DNA of 57,899 nucleotides from an uncultured Maribacter sp. (GTDB lineage: Bacteria > Bacteroidota > Bacteroidia > Flavobacteriales > Flavobacteriaceae), in assembly GCA_937125035.1 (NCBI GenBank), contig CAKZLG010000223.1, forward strand, positions 1 through 57,899, read 5' to 3'. Positions 9,702 through 19,204 of this stretch are shown piece after piece (positions within the stretch are counted from its first letter, which is position 1; every line of letters begins with the position of its first letter). The notes beneath the pieces were generated by a model. The model was given only the letters and a program-made list of their open reading frames with translations. It had not been told where the DNA came from and did no database searches. A program made the position numbers and the translations under genes.

Positions 9702-11771
9702 CTACTTTTTCTTTCCTTTTTTCAGATAGTAGTCGTACGTTTCAAATTGCGATCTCCTTATGGGCGGATGGCCGTCCCTGTAAATATTATCCTGATTTTC
9801 CGTAAATATTCTGGCCTTGGTATTATCACCCCAACAGATTTCAAAGGTGTCCTTGAGCTCTTGTTTTATCTCAGGGTCATAGATGGGGCAGCCTACCTCT
9901 ACCCTATAGTCCAAATTACGGGTCATCCAATCCGCAGATGAGATGAACACCTTTGGATTGCCATCATTGGCAAAGATGAACAGCCGGGTATGTTCCAAGA
10001 ACTTGTCCACAATGCTTATGGCCTCAATATTCTCACTCATGCCCTTTACCCCGGGCACAAGGCAGCAGATACCCCGTATGATGAGCTGTATTTTCACCCC
10101 GGCCCTGCTGGCCTCATACAGTTTATCCACCATCTTATAGGACGTAAAACTGTTCATCTTTATTTTGATGTAGGCTTCCTTTCCAAGAAGGGCATTGGCA
10201 ATTTCATTGTCAATGAGTTTTTGAAATGTGCTCTTGGTATAATGGGGTGAGACAATGAGGTGCTTGTACTTATTTATTTTGTAGGTGGTCTCAAAAAAAT
10301 CGAACACCTTGGCCAATTCCTTCAAAATGGCCTCGTGGGCGGTAAATAGGGTATAATCCGTATAGATTCTTGCCGTAGCCTCGTTGAAGTTGCCCGTACT
10401 AATAAACCCATAACGTTTCAGGTTCTGGCCCTCCTCCCGCTCAATAAGACAGATTTTGCTGTGCACCTTTAGGCCAGGCACACCAAAAATCAACTTTACG
10501 CCCTCGGCCTGTAGCTGTTCGGCGTATTGTATATTGGCCTGCTCATCAAACCGGGCCTGTAATTCTATTTGTACCGTAACCTGTTTTCCGTTCTTTACGG
10601 CGTTGATCAAAGAAGCCGCAACCTGGGAATCATTGGCCAAACGGTATACTGTGATCTTAATGGTCCGGACCTTTGGGTCCAATGCCGCTTCCCGCAAAAA
10701 CTTAAGAATGTAACCAAAGGTGTGGTACGGGGTATACTGCAGATAATCCTTCTTGGCAATATCCTCTAAAATACTGCCTTCCATGCTAAGGCCTTGTACC
10801 GGCAGGGGTTTTATCTTATCATAGAGCAGGTCTTGCCTTCCCAAACTGGGAAAGCCCATATAATCCCTTCTATTATGATATCTGCCCCCAGGTATGACAC
10901 TATCCGTGTCCTCTATGTTCATCTTATCCTTTAAAAAGGCCAGGGTATCCTTGCCAATGCTTTTGTCATAGACAAAACGAACGGGATCACTTATCTTTCT
11001 ATGCTCCACACTACTGGATATCTTTTCAATGAAACTCTTGCTGAGATCATTGTCCATGTCCAGCTCCGCATCTCTTGTGATCTTTATCATGTGTGCGGAA
11101 ATGGCATCATACTCAAACATGGTGAAGATACTGTCCAAACAATAGCGTATGAGGTCATCTAAGATGATGATATAATTCTTTTGGCCCTCTTTGGGCAATA
11201 CCACAAAACGATCTATGCCCTTAGGAATCTCGATCAAGGCAAATCGCTTTTCCTTTTTTTCCCCGTTCCCCTTAATGAGCATGCGTACCGCCAAATAAGC
11301 TGCCGTATCCTTTAACGTGGGGAAACCGGTAAGGTCGTTTAAAATAATGGTCATGAGCTGCGGGCTCACGTTTTCCAAAAAATAGTTTTTCACAAAGACC
11401 TGTTGTTTGGCATTCAGGTCCTTTTCCTGCAACATGAATATATTCTCTTCCTGCAGTTCTAACTGAATTTTCCGCAAAACGTCCAAACTCATGGTCTGTT
11501 GGGCAATGACAATATTGGTGATTTCCTCCAAAAGGTCCTTTGCCTTTTCACCACCCAACACGCTCTTGCCAGATTTCCCTGCCTCTACAATGCGTTTTAC
11601 CGTGGCATACCGCACCTTGAAGAATTCATCCAAATTATTGGAGAAAATGCCCAGAAAGCGCAATCGTTCTATGAGTGGTACATTTTTATCCGCGCTCTCC
11701 TGCAGCACACGCTCATTGAACCACAGCCAGCTGATTTCCCTATTGATATATTGGTTATTGTTGATCTTCAT
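9702..11771 (-). CDS. ppk1: Polyphosphate kinase 1
   Basis: NRE.SWL.FN.RVL, FSNNLDEFF, ELQARFDE, KVHSK, TGNFN and SSADWM.RNL..RVE motifs. Confidence 0.96.
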   Translation of the reverse strand: MKINNNQYINREISWLWFNERVLQESADKNVPLIERLRFLGIFSNNLDEFFKVRYATVKRIVEAGKSGKSVLGGEKAKDLLEEITNIVIAQQTMSLDVLRKIQLELQEENIFMLQEKDLNAKQQVFVKNYFLENVSPQLMTIILNDLTGFPTLKDTAAYLAVRMLIKGNGEKKEKRFALIEIPKGIDRFVVLPKEGQKNYIIILDDLIRYCLDSIFTMFEYDAISAHMIKITRDAELDMDNDLSKSFIEKISSSVEHRKISDPVRFVYDKSIGKDTLAFLKDKMNIEDTDSVIPGGRYHNRRDYMGFPSLGRQDLLYDKIKPLPVQGLSMEGSILEDIAKKDYLQYTPYHTFGYILKFLREAALDPKVRTIKITVYRLANDSQVAASLINAVKNGKQVTVQIELQARFDEQANIQYAEQLQAEGVKLIFGVPGLKVHSKICLIEREEGQNLKRYGFISTGNFNEATARIYTDYTLFTAHEAILKELAKVFDFFETTYKINKYKHLIVSPHYTKSTFQKLIDNEIANALLGKEAYIKIKMNSFTSYKMVDKLYEASRAGVKIQLIIRGICCLVPGVKGMSENIEAISIVDKFLEHTRLFIFANDGNPKVFISSADWMTRNLDYRVEVGCPIYDPEIKQELKDTFEICWGDNTKARIFTENQDNIYRDGHPPIRRSQFETYDYYLKKGKKK

Positions 11772-12259
11772 AAAGATTTAAGTTGTTTTGGAAAAATGAT
11801 GTTCTTGGTCTCCCCTTTTCTGAGGTCTCCCCAATGGGTGACCTCAAACCGCAGGTGCACCAGTCCGCTTGTAGGTACATTATCCAATTTTTTTGACCCC
11901 AGGGTATTGGCCAGATGGGTAAAGGCATGGTTATGGCCAAACACCATTACGGTAGTTGATTTGTTGTTCAATCCCTTTAAAAAGGAAAGGACCTTTTCTC
12001 CGGAAAAATCATAAAGCTGGTCTTCTATGCGCACGTTTCCCAATGCTTGGCCCATTTCCTTAACGGCGATCATGCAGGTATGCAGGGCCCTATTGGCAGG
12101 ACTGGAATAAATGGCATCCAATGGTATGCCCAAGGATGCAAATTCGCTCCCTACCAAATGGGCGTCACCAATGCCGCGCGGGTTAAGGGGGCGGTCCTGA
12201 TCGCCCACATTGTACTCCCATGAGGATTTGCCATGACGCATGAATATGACTTCTTTCAT
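11768..12259 (-). CDS. sixA: SixA-type histidine phosphatase
   Basis: RHGKSSW, DRPLN.RG, SSPA.RA and GHN motifs. Start placed at MKEVIF (12259), although the ORF track starts at 12289. Confidence 0.8.
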   Translation of the reverse strand: MKEVIFMRHGKSSWEYNVGDQDRPLNPRGIGDAHLVGSEFASLGIPLDAIYSSPANRALHTCMIAVKEMGQALGNVRIEDQLYDFSGEKVLSFLKGLNNKSTTVMVFGHNHAFTHLANTLGSKKLDNVPTSGLVHLRFEVTHWGDLRKGETKNIIFPKQLKSL

Positions 12260-12347
12260 CCTTTTTAACTTATGGGCCAAAGTGGCCATTATAAAATATT
12301 ACGCTTTTGAATGCAGCACGTTCAATGCCGTCCATAATCCTATTGCA

Positions 12348-12995
12348 CTACGGGGCCAGGCGTTCCCTTTTCCAGTCCCAATCTTCCTGTAGCGCATAAC
12401 GGATGCGATCGTGCAGCCTATTTGGCCGTCCTTGCCAGAATTCCATGGAAACGGGCCGCACCAGGTATCCGCCCCAATAGGGCGGCCGATCGATCTCTTG
12501 GCCCTTAAATTGTTCCTCCAAGGTCTTTAATTGGTCTTCCAATACCTCCCGAGATGGGATTACGGCACTTTGTTCCGATACCAAGGCCCCCAGCTTACTC
12601 CCTGTTGGCCGCGATTCAAAATAACCATCGGAAAGGTTTTCGGGTACTTTTTCCGCCGCTCCCTTGATAATGACCTGCCGCTCTAGATTGGGCCAGAAAA
12701 AAGACAGGCACACCTTAGGGTTTTGGGCTATGGCCCTGCCTTTTTCACTTTCGTAATTCGTATAGAAAATAAAACCCTCATGGGTGAATTTCTTCAACAA
12801 TACGATGCGACTCTTAGGATAGCCGTCCAATCCCAACGTGGAAACGGTCATGGCATTGGGCTCATCCAGACCATCTGAACGTTCCACTTCATAAAACCAT
12901 GTTTGAAAGAGCTGGAGCGGGTTCTCCGGAATACCATCCTCCATCAAAGCACTTTTTTCGTAGGACTTCCTATAGTTGCCCAAATCTTTCTGCAT
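12348..12995 (-). CDS. pdxH: Pyridoxamine 5'-phosphate oxidase
   Basis: EPNAM, RIVLLK, FYTNY.S.K and EFWQGR..RLHDR motifs. Confidence 0.95.
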   Translation of the reverse strand: MQKDLGNYRKSYEKSALMEDGIPENPLQLFQTWFYEVERSDGLDEPNAMTVSTLGLDGYPKSRIVLLKKFTHEGFIFYTNYESEKGRAIAQNPKVCLSFFWPNLERQVIIKGAAEKVPENLSDGYFESRPTGSKLGALVSEQSAVIPSREVLEDQLKTLEEQFKGQEIDRPPYWGGYLVRPVSMEFWQGRPNRLHDRIRYALQEDWDWKRERLAP

Positions 12996-13111
12996 AATCT
13001 GTTGCTTAGTAAAACAAGATAACCAAAGTTCTTGAAAAGTGGGCAGAATAGAAAACCCCGACCCCTGTTTTATTCATTTTTGGGAAGCGAAGGCCCGTGC
13101 AAAGTACCCAT

Positions 13112-14023
13112 CTAAACATCAAAGTTGAACACGGCACCGTCGCGGGCCAGTTCCACTTTTGGAAACACGGTCTTGGCCTCCTCCCTAAAAAGCTCAAGAT
13201 TGCCATAGCGGGTGGAATAATGGCCCAAGATCAATACCTCTACTTGGGCATTCTTTGCAATGGTGGCCGCTTGTTTTGCGGTGGTATGCTTGGTTTTAAG
13301 GGCCAGATGGGCCTCTGATTCCAAAAAAGTGGCCTCGTGATAGAGGACATCAACCCGTTGTATTTTTGGAACCAGATCAGGACTGTACAGCGTATCACTA
13401 CAAAAAGCATAGGAGCGCGGTGGGGGTGGATCAAAGGTGAGCGCTGCGTTCTTGACCAGCGTACCGTCTTCCAAGAGCACGTCCTTACCTTGTTTTACAT
13501 TTCTAAAATAAGCTTTTTCCACCCCATACTTGACCGCGGCCTCCACATTCAGCTTGCGTTCCCCCAACTTCTCACGGAACAGAAAGCCATTGGTATACAC
13601 CCTATGGTTTAGGGGCAGGGTATGTACAGTGACCCGGTCATCTTCAAAGATAAGTTCCTCGTCCTTACTGTCCAGCTCGTGGAAGAGCAAGGGATAATTG
13701 GTCCATGAGTCCCCCAATTTCAATAATAGTACAATAGCCTCTTTTATACCTTTGGGGCCATGAATATGCAAGGGAGAATCCCTCCCCAATAGCCTGAATG
13801 TTGAAATTAGGCCCGGCAGGCCAAAGAAATGATCTCCGTGCAGATGGGAAATGAATATATGTTTTATCCGTGAAAATTTTATCTTATGGCGCCTGAGCTC
13901 CACTTGGGTCCCTTCACCACAATCAATGAGGAACATGTGGTTTCTGATCTCCAAGACCTGTGCGGTAGGATTGGTGAGCGTACGGGGAGTGGCGGCATGG
14001 CAACCGAGTATGGTGAGTTTCAC
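13112..14023 (-). CDS. rnz: Ribonuclease Z
   Basis: DCGEGTQ, HLHGDH metallo-beta-lactamase motif, HEATF and HYS.RY. Confidence 0.94.
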   Translation of the reverse strand: MKLTILGCHAATPRTLTNPTAQVLEIRNHMFLIDCGEGTQVELRRHKIKFSRIKHIFISHLHGDHFFGLPGLISTFRLLGRDSPLHIHGPKGIKEAIVLLLKLGDSWTNYPLLFHELDSKDEELIFEDDRVTVHTLPLNHRVYTNGFLFREKLGERKLNVEAAVKYGVEKAYFRNVKQGKDVLLEDGTLVKNAALTFDPPPPRSYAFCSDTLYSPDLVPKIQRVDVLYHEATFLESEAHLALKTKHTTAKQAATIAKNAQVEVLILGHYSTRYGNLELFREEAKTVFPKVELARDGAVFNFDV

Positions 14024-14352
14024 AGCCCTAAGTCCCTTTCCATTTCCTCCATTTCTATAATATCCCTGGCTTCCTGTAAGGTAGGAGCAATGATGATTTC
14101 ATTGGGCACCTCCTCATAGGTGAGCTTGTCCGTGACCACAACAAAGGACTTCCCCTTTTTTCTATGGGCGTTGGACAGCTCCAGAAACGCCAGAAGATCA
14201 TTGCCCGAAAGGTTTTTAAAATCACACAGATCAAGGATCAGGTGATTTTGGGCCACCTTACCGTACCCCTCCTGCAGGTTTTTGATGAACAGGGGCAACG
14301 CAGGTTTTTCTTGGCACACTATGGTGGTGTTGCCCTCTTTGTCATAGATCAT
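14020..14352 (-). CDS. Small conserved hypothetical protein, STAS-like
   Basis: Sits between pyrB and rnz with a GTGA overlap to rnz. The LILDL...LL......K.GKSFVVV...PTLQEA pattern resembles STAS domains. Confidence 0.65.
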   Translation of the reverse strand: MIYDKEGNTTIVCQEKPALPLFIKNLQEGYGKVAQNHLILDLCDFKNLSGNDLLAFLELSNAHRKKGKSFVVVTDKLTYEEVPNEIIIAPTLQEARDIIEMEEMERDLGL

Positions 14353-14356
14353 ACGC

Positions 14357-15286
14357 TCATTGTTTTATTTTGCCTGCCAACAGATAGATGACCGCCATTC
14401 GTATGGCCACGCCGTTCTCCACTTGGTTCAAGATGATGGATTGCTTGGAGTCCGCCACATCACTTGTGATCTCCACCCCCCTATTTATGGGTCCGGGGTG
14501 CATGATGACAATTTCCTTGTCAAGCCCATCCAACAATTTTTTGTTCACTCCAAATTGCTGTGTGTACTCCCTTGTGGTGGGGAAGTAGCTGATGTCCAAC
14601 CTTTCGTTCTGTATGCGCAGCATATTGGCCACATCACACCACTGTAAGGCTTTTTTAAGATTGGTTTCCACCTCCACGCCCAAGGAGGTAATGTATTTTG
14701 GTACTAAGGTCTTTGGGCCGCATACCTTAACATGGGCCCCTTGCAATTTAAGGGCAAAGATATTGGATAGAGCCACCCTTGAATGGAGTATATCCCCAAC
14801 GATCACTACATTTTTTCCTGCCACATCCCCCAATTTTTCACGGATGGAGTATGAGTCCAAGAGCGCTTGAGTAGGATGCTCATGGGCACCATCGCCCGCA
14901 TTAACAATGGCCGCTTTAACGTGCTTTGCCAAAAAAATGCCGGCACCTGGGTTGGGATGCCGCATGACCACCATATCCACCTTCATGGACAGAATGTTAT
15001 TTACGGTATCTATAAGGGTTTCGCCCTTTTTTACGGAAGATTGCCCGGCCGAAAAATTGATGACATCCGCAGAGAGCCTTTTTTCGGCCAGTTCAAAAGA
15101 CAGTTTCGTACGGGTGCTGTTCTCAAAGAAGATGTTGGCAATGGTAATGTCCCTCAGGGACGGCACCTTTTTTATAGAGCGATTGATCACTTCCTTAAAA
15201 TTGTCCGCAGTCTCAAAGATGAGCTGTATATCTGCCTCGTTCAAGTACTTGATTCCCAAAAGGTGGTTTACGCTGAGCTCCGCCAT
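14357..15286 (-). CDS. pyrB: Aspartate carbamoyltransferase catalytic subunit
   Basis: FFENSTRT, KGETL.DT, HPTQALLD and HPGP.NRG motifs. Confidence 0.97.
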   Translation of the reverse strand: MAELSVNHLLGIKYLNEADIQLIFETADNFKEVINRSIKKVPSLRDITIANIFFENSTRTKLSFELAEKRLSADVINFSAGQSSVKKGETLIDTVNNILSMKVDMVVMRHPNPGAGIFLAKHVKAAIVNAGDGAHEHPTQALLDSYSIREKLGDVAGKNVVIVGDILHSRVALSNIFALKLQGAHVKVCGPKTLVPKYITSLGVEVETNLKKALQWCDVANMLRIQNERLDISYFPTTREYTQQFGVNKKLLDGLDKEIVIMHPGPINRGVEITSDVADSKQSIILNQVENGVAIRMAVIYLLAGKIKQ

Positions 15287-15288
15287 GC

Positions 15289-15828
15289 CTATCTATTGAT
15301 CAATAATATTTTATCCTCCCCATCATTTTCCTTCCACATGACCTTTACCTTTTCCTGCTGTATGGCGTCTACCTGTCTGCCCCTATAATTGGGCTGTATG
15401 GGCAAGTGCCTACTGAACCTACGGTCTATAAGGCACAGGAGCTCCACTTCAGCGGGCCTTCCAAATGATTGTAGTGCCGTTAGCGCGGCATTGATGCTGC
15501 GGCCCGTGTAGAGCACATCATCAATAAGGACCACTTTCTTGTCCTCTATCAAAAAATTGATACTGGTCTTGGTGGCTTCCAAAGGTTTGTCCCCTCTTCT
15601 AAAATCATCCCTGAAAAAAGTGATGTCCAAAACCCCTTGCTGAATATCCTTTACGCCATATTCCGCGGCCAGTATCTGGCAGAGCCTGTTGGCCACATGA
15701 ATGCCCCTGGGCTGAATACCGATCAATACGGTATCCTTAAAATCTATATGGTTTTCCAACAATTGACAGGCAAGGCGATGTAAGATGATGTTTATTTCTT
15801 CTGAGGAGAGCAGTACTTTTTGACTCAT
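15289..15828 (-). CDS. pyrR: Bifunctional pyr regulator / uracil phosphoribosyltransferase
   Basis: LDIT.FRDD, the PRPP loop VLIDDVLYTGR and DR...R.LPI. Start placed at MSQKV (15828). Confidence 0.92.
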   Translation of the reverse strand: MSQKVLLSSEEINIILHRLACQLLENHIDFKDTVLIGIQPRGIHVANRLCQILAAEYGVKDIQQGVLDITFFRDDFRRGDKPLEATKTSINFLIEDKKVVLIDDVLYTGRSINAALTALQSFGRPAEVELLCLIDRRFSRHLPIQPNYRGRQVDAIQQEKVKVMWKENDGEDKILLINR

Positions 15829-15903
15829 AGTGGCCTTGCTACACTTTTGAAAAGCAAAAATAGGGAATTCCGCCAAATAATATTGGCCGGTGCAGCAAAA
15901 GAA

Positions 15904-15931
15904 AAAGCCCTGACAGTTCTGTCAGGGCTTT
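15904..15931 (-). terminator. Intrinsic terminator of rpsA
   Basis: Perfect inverted repeat AAAGCCCTGACA/TGTCAGGGCTTT followed by a T run on the minus strand, about 22 nt after the rpsA stop. Confidence 0.85.
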
Positions 15932-15953
15932 GTATGCAATACCAATAAAATGC

Positions 15954-17792
15954 TTACTTCTTCTTTTTGGAATCCGCCTCCATTTTATCTTTGAGCGCCT
16001 GTAGTGCATCATTGGCATCCCCTAAGGTAGGTTTGGCCTCATCTGCAGCGGCGGCCTGTCTTTTAGCGGCCTGCTTTACGTTGCGCTGTTCCTCTTCACG
16101 GAAGATAGCGGTGTGGCTTGCCACCACACGTTTAAAGTCCTTGTTGAATTCTATGATCTTAAATTCGGCCTCTTCGCCTTTGCCCAATTTTTTGCCATCT
16201 TCTTTTTCCAAATGGCGCTGTGGTACAAATGCGGTGATGTCCTCATTGAAATCTATCGTGGCCCCTTTGTCAACAATTTCAGTGATTGAAGCTGTATGCG
16301 TGGTGCCCAAGGCGAATTCTTCTTCATACTTGTCCCATGGATTTTCCGTGGTCTGCTTATGGCCCAAACTCAATTTACGACCGTCCACATCCAATTCCAA
16401 CACCTCTACCTCAAGAGTGTCGCCTACATTGGTGAATTCTGATGGGTGCTTGATTTTCTTGGTCCATGAAAGGTCTGAGATATAGATAAGACCATCAATG
16501 CCCTCCTCTAACTCTACGAACACACCAAAATTGGTGAAATTGCGCACAATGCCCTTATGTTTGGAACCTACAGGGTATTTGGTCGTGATATCCGTCCAAG
16601 GATCGGGCGTCAACTGCTTAATTCCCAAGGACATTTTACGGTCCTCACGATCTAAGGTCAGCACTACGGCATCCAACTCATCACCCACCTTTACGAAATC
16701 CTGTGCGGAACGCAAGTGGGTTGACCAGGACATCTCAGAAACGTGGATAAGGCCTTCAACCCCTTCCACAACCTCAATAAAGGCACCATAATCAGCAATG
16801 ACCACAACTTTGCCCTTTACTTTGTCACCTACCTTGATCTCATCACTTAAAGCTTCCCAAGGATGTTTTTCCAATTGTTTAAGACCTAGTTGTATCCTGG
16901 ATTTGTTCTCGTCAAAATCAAGGATCACCACATTCAGTTTCTCATCCAATTCCACAACTTCATTGGGGTGGTTGATCCTGCTCCAGGAAAGGTCCGTGAT
17001 ATGCACAAGGCCATCCACGCCGCCCAGGTCAATGAACACACCGTAAGAAGTGATGTTCTTCACAACACCCTCCAATACTTGTCCTTTTTCCAATTGGGAA
17101 ATGATCTCTTTCTTCTGCTCTTCAATATCCGCCTCAATAAGGGCTTTGTGTGATACCACCACGTTTTTGAACTCATGGTTGATCTTCACCACCTTGAACT
17201 CCATGGTCTTGTTCACATATTGGTCATAGTCACGGATCGGCTTCACATCTATCTGTGATCCGGGCAAGAAGGCCTCAATACCAAAGACATCTACGATCAT
17301 ACCTCCTTTGGTCCTGCATTTCACAAAACCACTTACTATTTCTTCCTTATCGTGTGCGGCATTGACACGGTCCCAAGCCATAATGGTTCTGGCCTTTCTA
17401 TGTGAAAGTACCAATTGACCGCTTTTATCCTCGCGGATATCGATCAACACCTCTACCTTATCGCCAACTTTCAAGTCGGGATTGTACCGGAACTCATTTA
17501 AGGAAATTACCCCTTCGGATTTGGCGTTGATGTCTATGATGGCCTCTCTATCGGTCAAATAGACCACTGTGCCTTCAACGACCTCCTCATCTGCCGTGTC
17601 CACGAAGTTTTTGGACACCAATTCTTCAAATTCCTTTAATTTGGCATCGTCAACACGCTCAATTCCCTGTTCGTATTTATCCCAATCAAAGCTTTCCAAA
17701 AATTCTTGGGGATCTTGTTGTGGTGTCTCCACCACTTCTGGAGTGGCCTCTGTAGTCTGTTCTACTTCAGCCGTTGTTTTTTCTTCAGCCAT
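15954..17792 (-). CDS. rpsA: 30S ribosomal protein S1
   Basis: Repeated S1 domains (AFLPGSQID, YGVFIDLGGVDGL, YGAFIE..EG.EGL.H.SE). Start placed at MAEEK (17792). Confidence 0.97.
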   Translation of the reverse strand: MAEEKTTAEVEQTTEATPEVVETPQQDPQEFLESFDWDKYEQGIERVDDAKLKEFEELVSKNFVDTADEEVVEGTVVYLTDREAIIDINAKSEGVISLNEFRYNPDLKVGDKVEVLIDIREDKSGQLVLSHRKARTIMAWDRVNAAHDKEEIVSGFVKCRTKGGMIVDVFGIEAFLPGSQIDVKPIRDYDQYVNKTMEFKVVKINHEFKNVVVSHKALIEADIEEQKKEIISQLEKGQVLEGVVKNITSYGVFIDLGGVDGLVHITDLSWSRINHPNEVVELDEKLNVVILDFDENKSRIQLGLKQLEKHPWEALSDEIKVGDKVKGKVVVIADYGAFIEVVEGVEGLIHVSEMSWSTHLRSAQDFVKVGDELDAVVLTLDREDRKMSLGIKQLTPDPWTDITTKYPVGSKHKGIVRNFTNFGVFVELEEGIDGLIYISDLSWTKKIKHPSEFTNVGDTLEVEVLELDVDGRKLSLGHKQTTENPWDKYEEEFALGTTHTASITEIVDKGATIDFNEDITAFVPQRHLEKEDGKKLGKGEEAEFKIIEFNKDFKRVVASHTAIFREEEQRNVKQAAKRQAAAADEAKPTLGDANDALQALKDKMEADSKKKK

Positions 17793-18056
17793 TTGCTGAT
17801 CATTAATTTGTATTCCATAAGAAGGCCAAGAGTTACGCATCTTCCTATGAAAGTAGTTATTGTTGTCTTTTATTCCCTTTTCAGCTCTTGATCGTCTGCC
17901 TAAAAAAGGAGTGCAAAAATACAATTATATTCCTATATAACAAACATTTAGACCTACTCTTGGCGGGGTGGTCATTTTTAACCGGACCGCTTGGTTTCAG
18001 ATAGGGCAAATATGTGTATCTTTCGGTCCTGAATATTAACCGTTAAATAGCAAATT

Positions 18057-18437
18057 ATGAGCGTAAAGGCAAAATACCAAGGCGTTTTGGACCTTGGTGA
18101 ACAATTGGGTATAAAAGAGGGTAAGGTAACCGAGGAAAACGGCATCCTAAAAGTAAAGGGAGAGGCACAGACCCCGTACGAAAAAGATATCCTTTGGGAC
18201 AAGATCAAGGCCATTGGCGGCGAGAGCCCTTCTGATATCAAGGCGAACATTACCGTTGCCGATGATTCCGTATACCACAGACATATTGTAAAAGGGGGTG
18301 AATCATTGAGCAAGATCGCCAAACATTATTATGGCGACCCCATGAAGTACCACCAAATATTCGAAGCCAATACCAATATCCTTAAAAACCCTGATGTAAT
18401 CCATCCGGAGCAGGTCTTGGTCATTCCAAAATTATAG
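18057..18437 (+). CDS. LysM peptidoglycan-binding domain protein (BON-like N-terminus, Kbp/YgaU-like)
   Basis: C-terminal H.VKGGESLSKIAKHYYG....Y..IFEAN....NPD.I.P.Q.L.IP LysM motif. No signal peptide. Confidence 0.85.
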   Translation: MSVKAKYQGVLDLGEQLGIKEGKVTEENGILKVKGEAQTPYEKDILWDKIKAIGGESPSDIKANITVADDSVYHRHIVKGGESLSKIAKHYYGDPMKYHQIFEANTNILKNPDVIHPEQVLVIPKL

Positions 18438-18460
18438 GCTACGACAAAAAATGAATGAAG

Positions 18461-18484
18461 AAGGCGCCCTGACGGCGCCTTTTC
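18461..18484 (+). terminator. Intrinsic terminator between the convergent LysM gene and cmk
   Basis: AAGGCGCC/GGCGCCTT hairpin followed by a short T run. Confidence 0.75.
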
Positions 18485-19176
18485 TATGTTTTGGCAATGA
18501 TACGGAGTGCGTAATTATGGATGCGCTCAAACTGTTCCTTTAGCCCCATATCACTATTGTCAAACACAATGGCGCCTTCGGCTTTTTTCAAGGGCGATGC
18601 CGCTCTGTGGGAGTCGATATAATCCCGTTTTTCCACATTCTCCAAAATATCGGCATAGGTCACCGTTTCCCCGCGATCCAGAAGTTCCTTGTACCTCCTG
18701 TATGCCCTTTTCTGGGGCGATGCCGTCATGAATATTTTCAATTCGGCGTCTGGGAAAACCACTGTACCAATGTCCCTACCGTCCATCACGACCCCTTTTT
18801 CCTTTCCCATTTCCTTCTGCTGTTCCACCAATTTGTAGCGCACCTGTTCAATTTCCGCCACATGGCTCACATGTTTGGAAACATCCATGCCCCGTATCTC
18901 CTTTTCCACATTCTCACCGTTGAGGTACATTTCAGAATAGCCCAGATCGTCATTGTATTCAAAATGCAGTTTAATATTGGGCAGTAATTTCACAAGGGCC
19001 TCCCCATTGCTCCTTTCCCCCCCAATGTGCCCATGCCTAATGGCAAACAGGGTGACCGCCCTGTACATGGCCCCGGTATCCACATAAACGTAGCCCAGTT
19101 CCTTGGCCAATTGTTTGGCCAATGTGCTTTTTCCTGTAGAGGAAAAACCGTCAATGGCAATGGTGATTCTGTTCAT
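18484..19176 (-). CDS. cmk: Cytidylate kinase
   Basis: IAIDG..STGKST, DTGAMYRA and DGRDIGTVVFPDA motifs. Confidence 0.96.
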   Translation of the reverse strand: MNRITIAIDGFSSTGKSTLAKQLAKELGYVYVDTGAMYRAVTLFAIRHGHIGGERSNGEALVKLLPNIKLHFEYNDDLGYSEMYLNGENVEKEIRGMDVSKHVSHVAEIEQVRYKLVEQQKEMGKEKGVVMDGRDIGTVVFPDAELKIFMTASPQKRAYRRYKELLDRGETVTYADILENVEKRDYIDSHRAASPLKKAEGAIVFDNSDMGLKEQFERIHNYALRIIAKT

Positions 19177-19204
19177 GTGGCTAAAGGTAATCAGAAATAT
19201 GCAA

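Noticed and set aside
17793-17924. N-terminal extension of RpsA in the ORF track (similar extensions for pyrR, RDD, SpoIIM, DUF4129 and DUF4350)
   Set aside because: The extensions run through promoter boxes or neighbouring genes. Downstream ATGs match the expected family N-termini.
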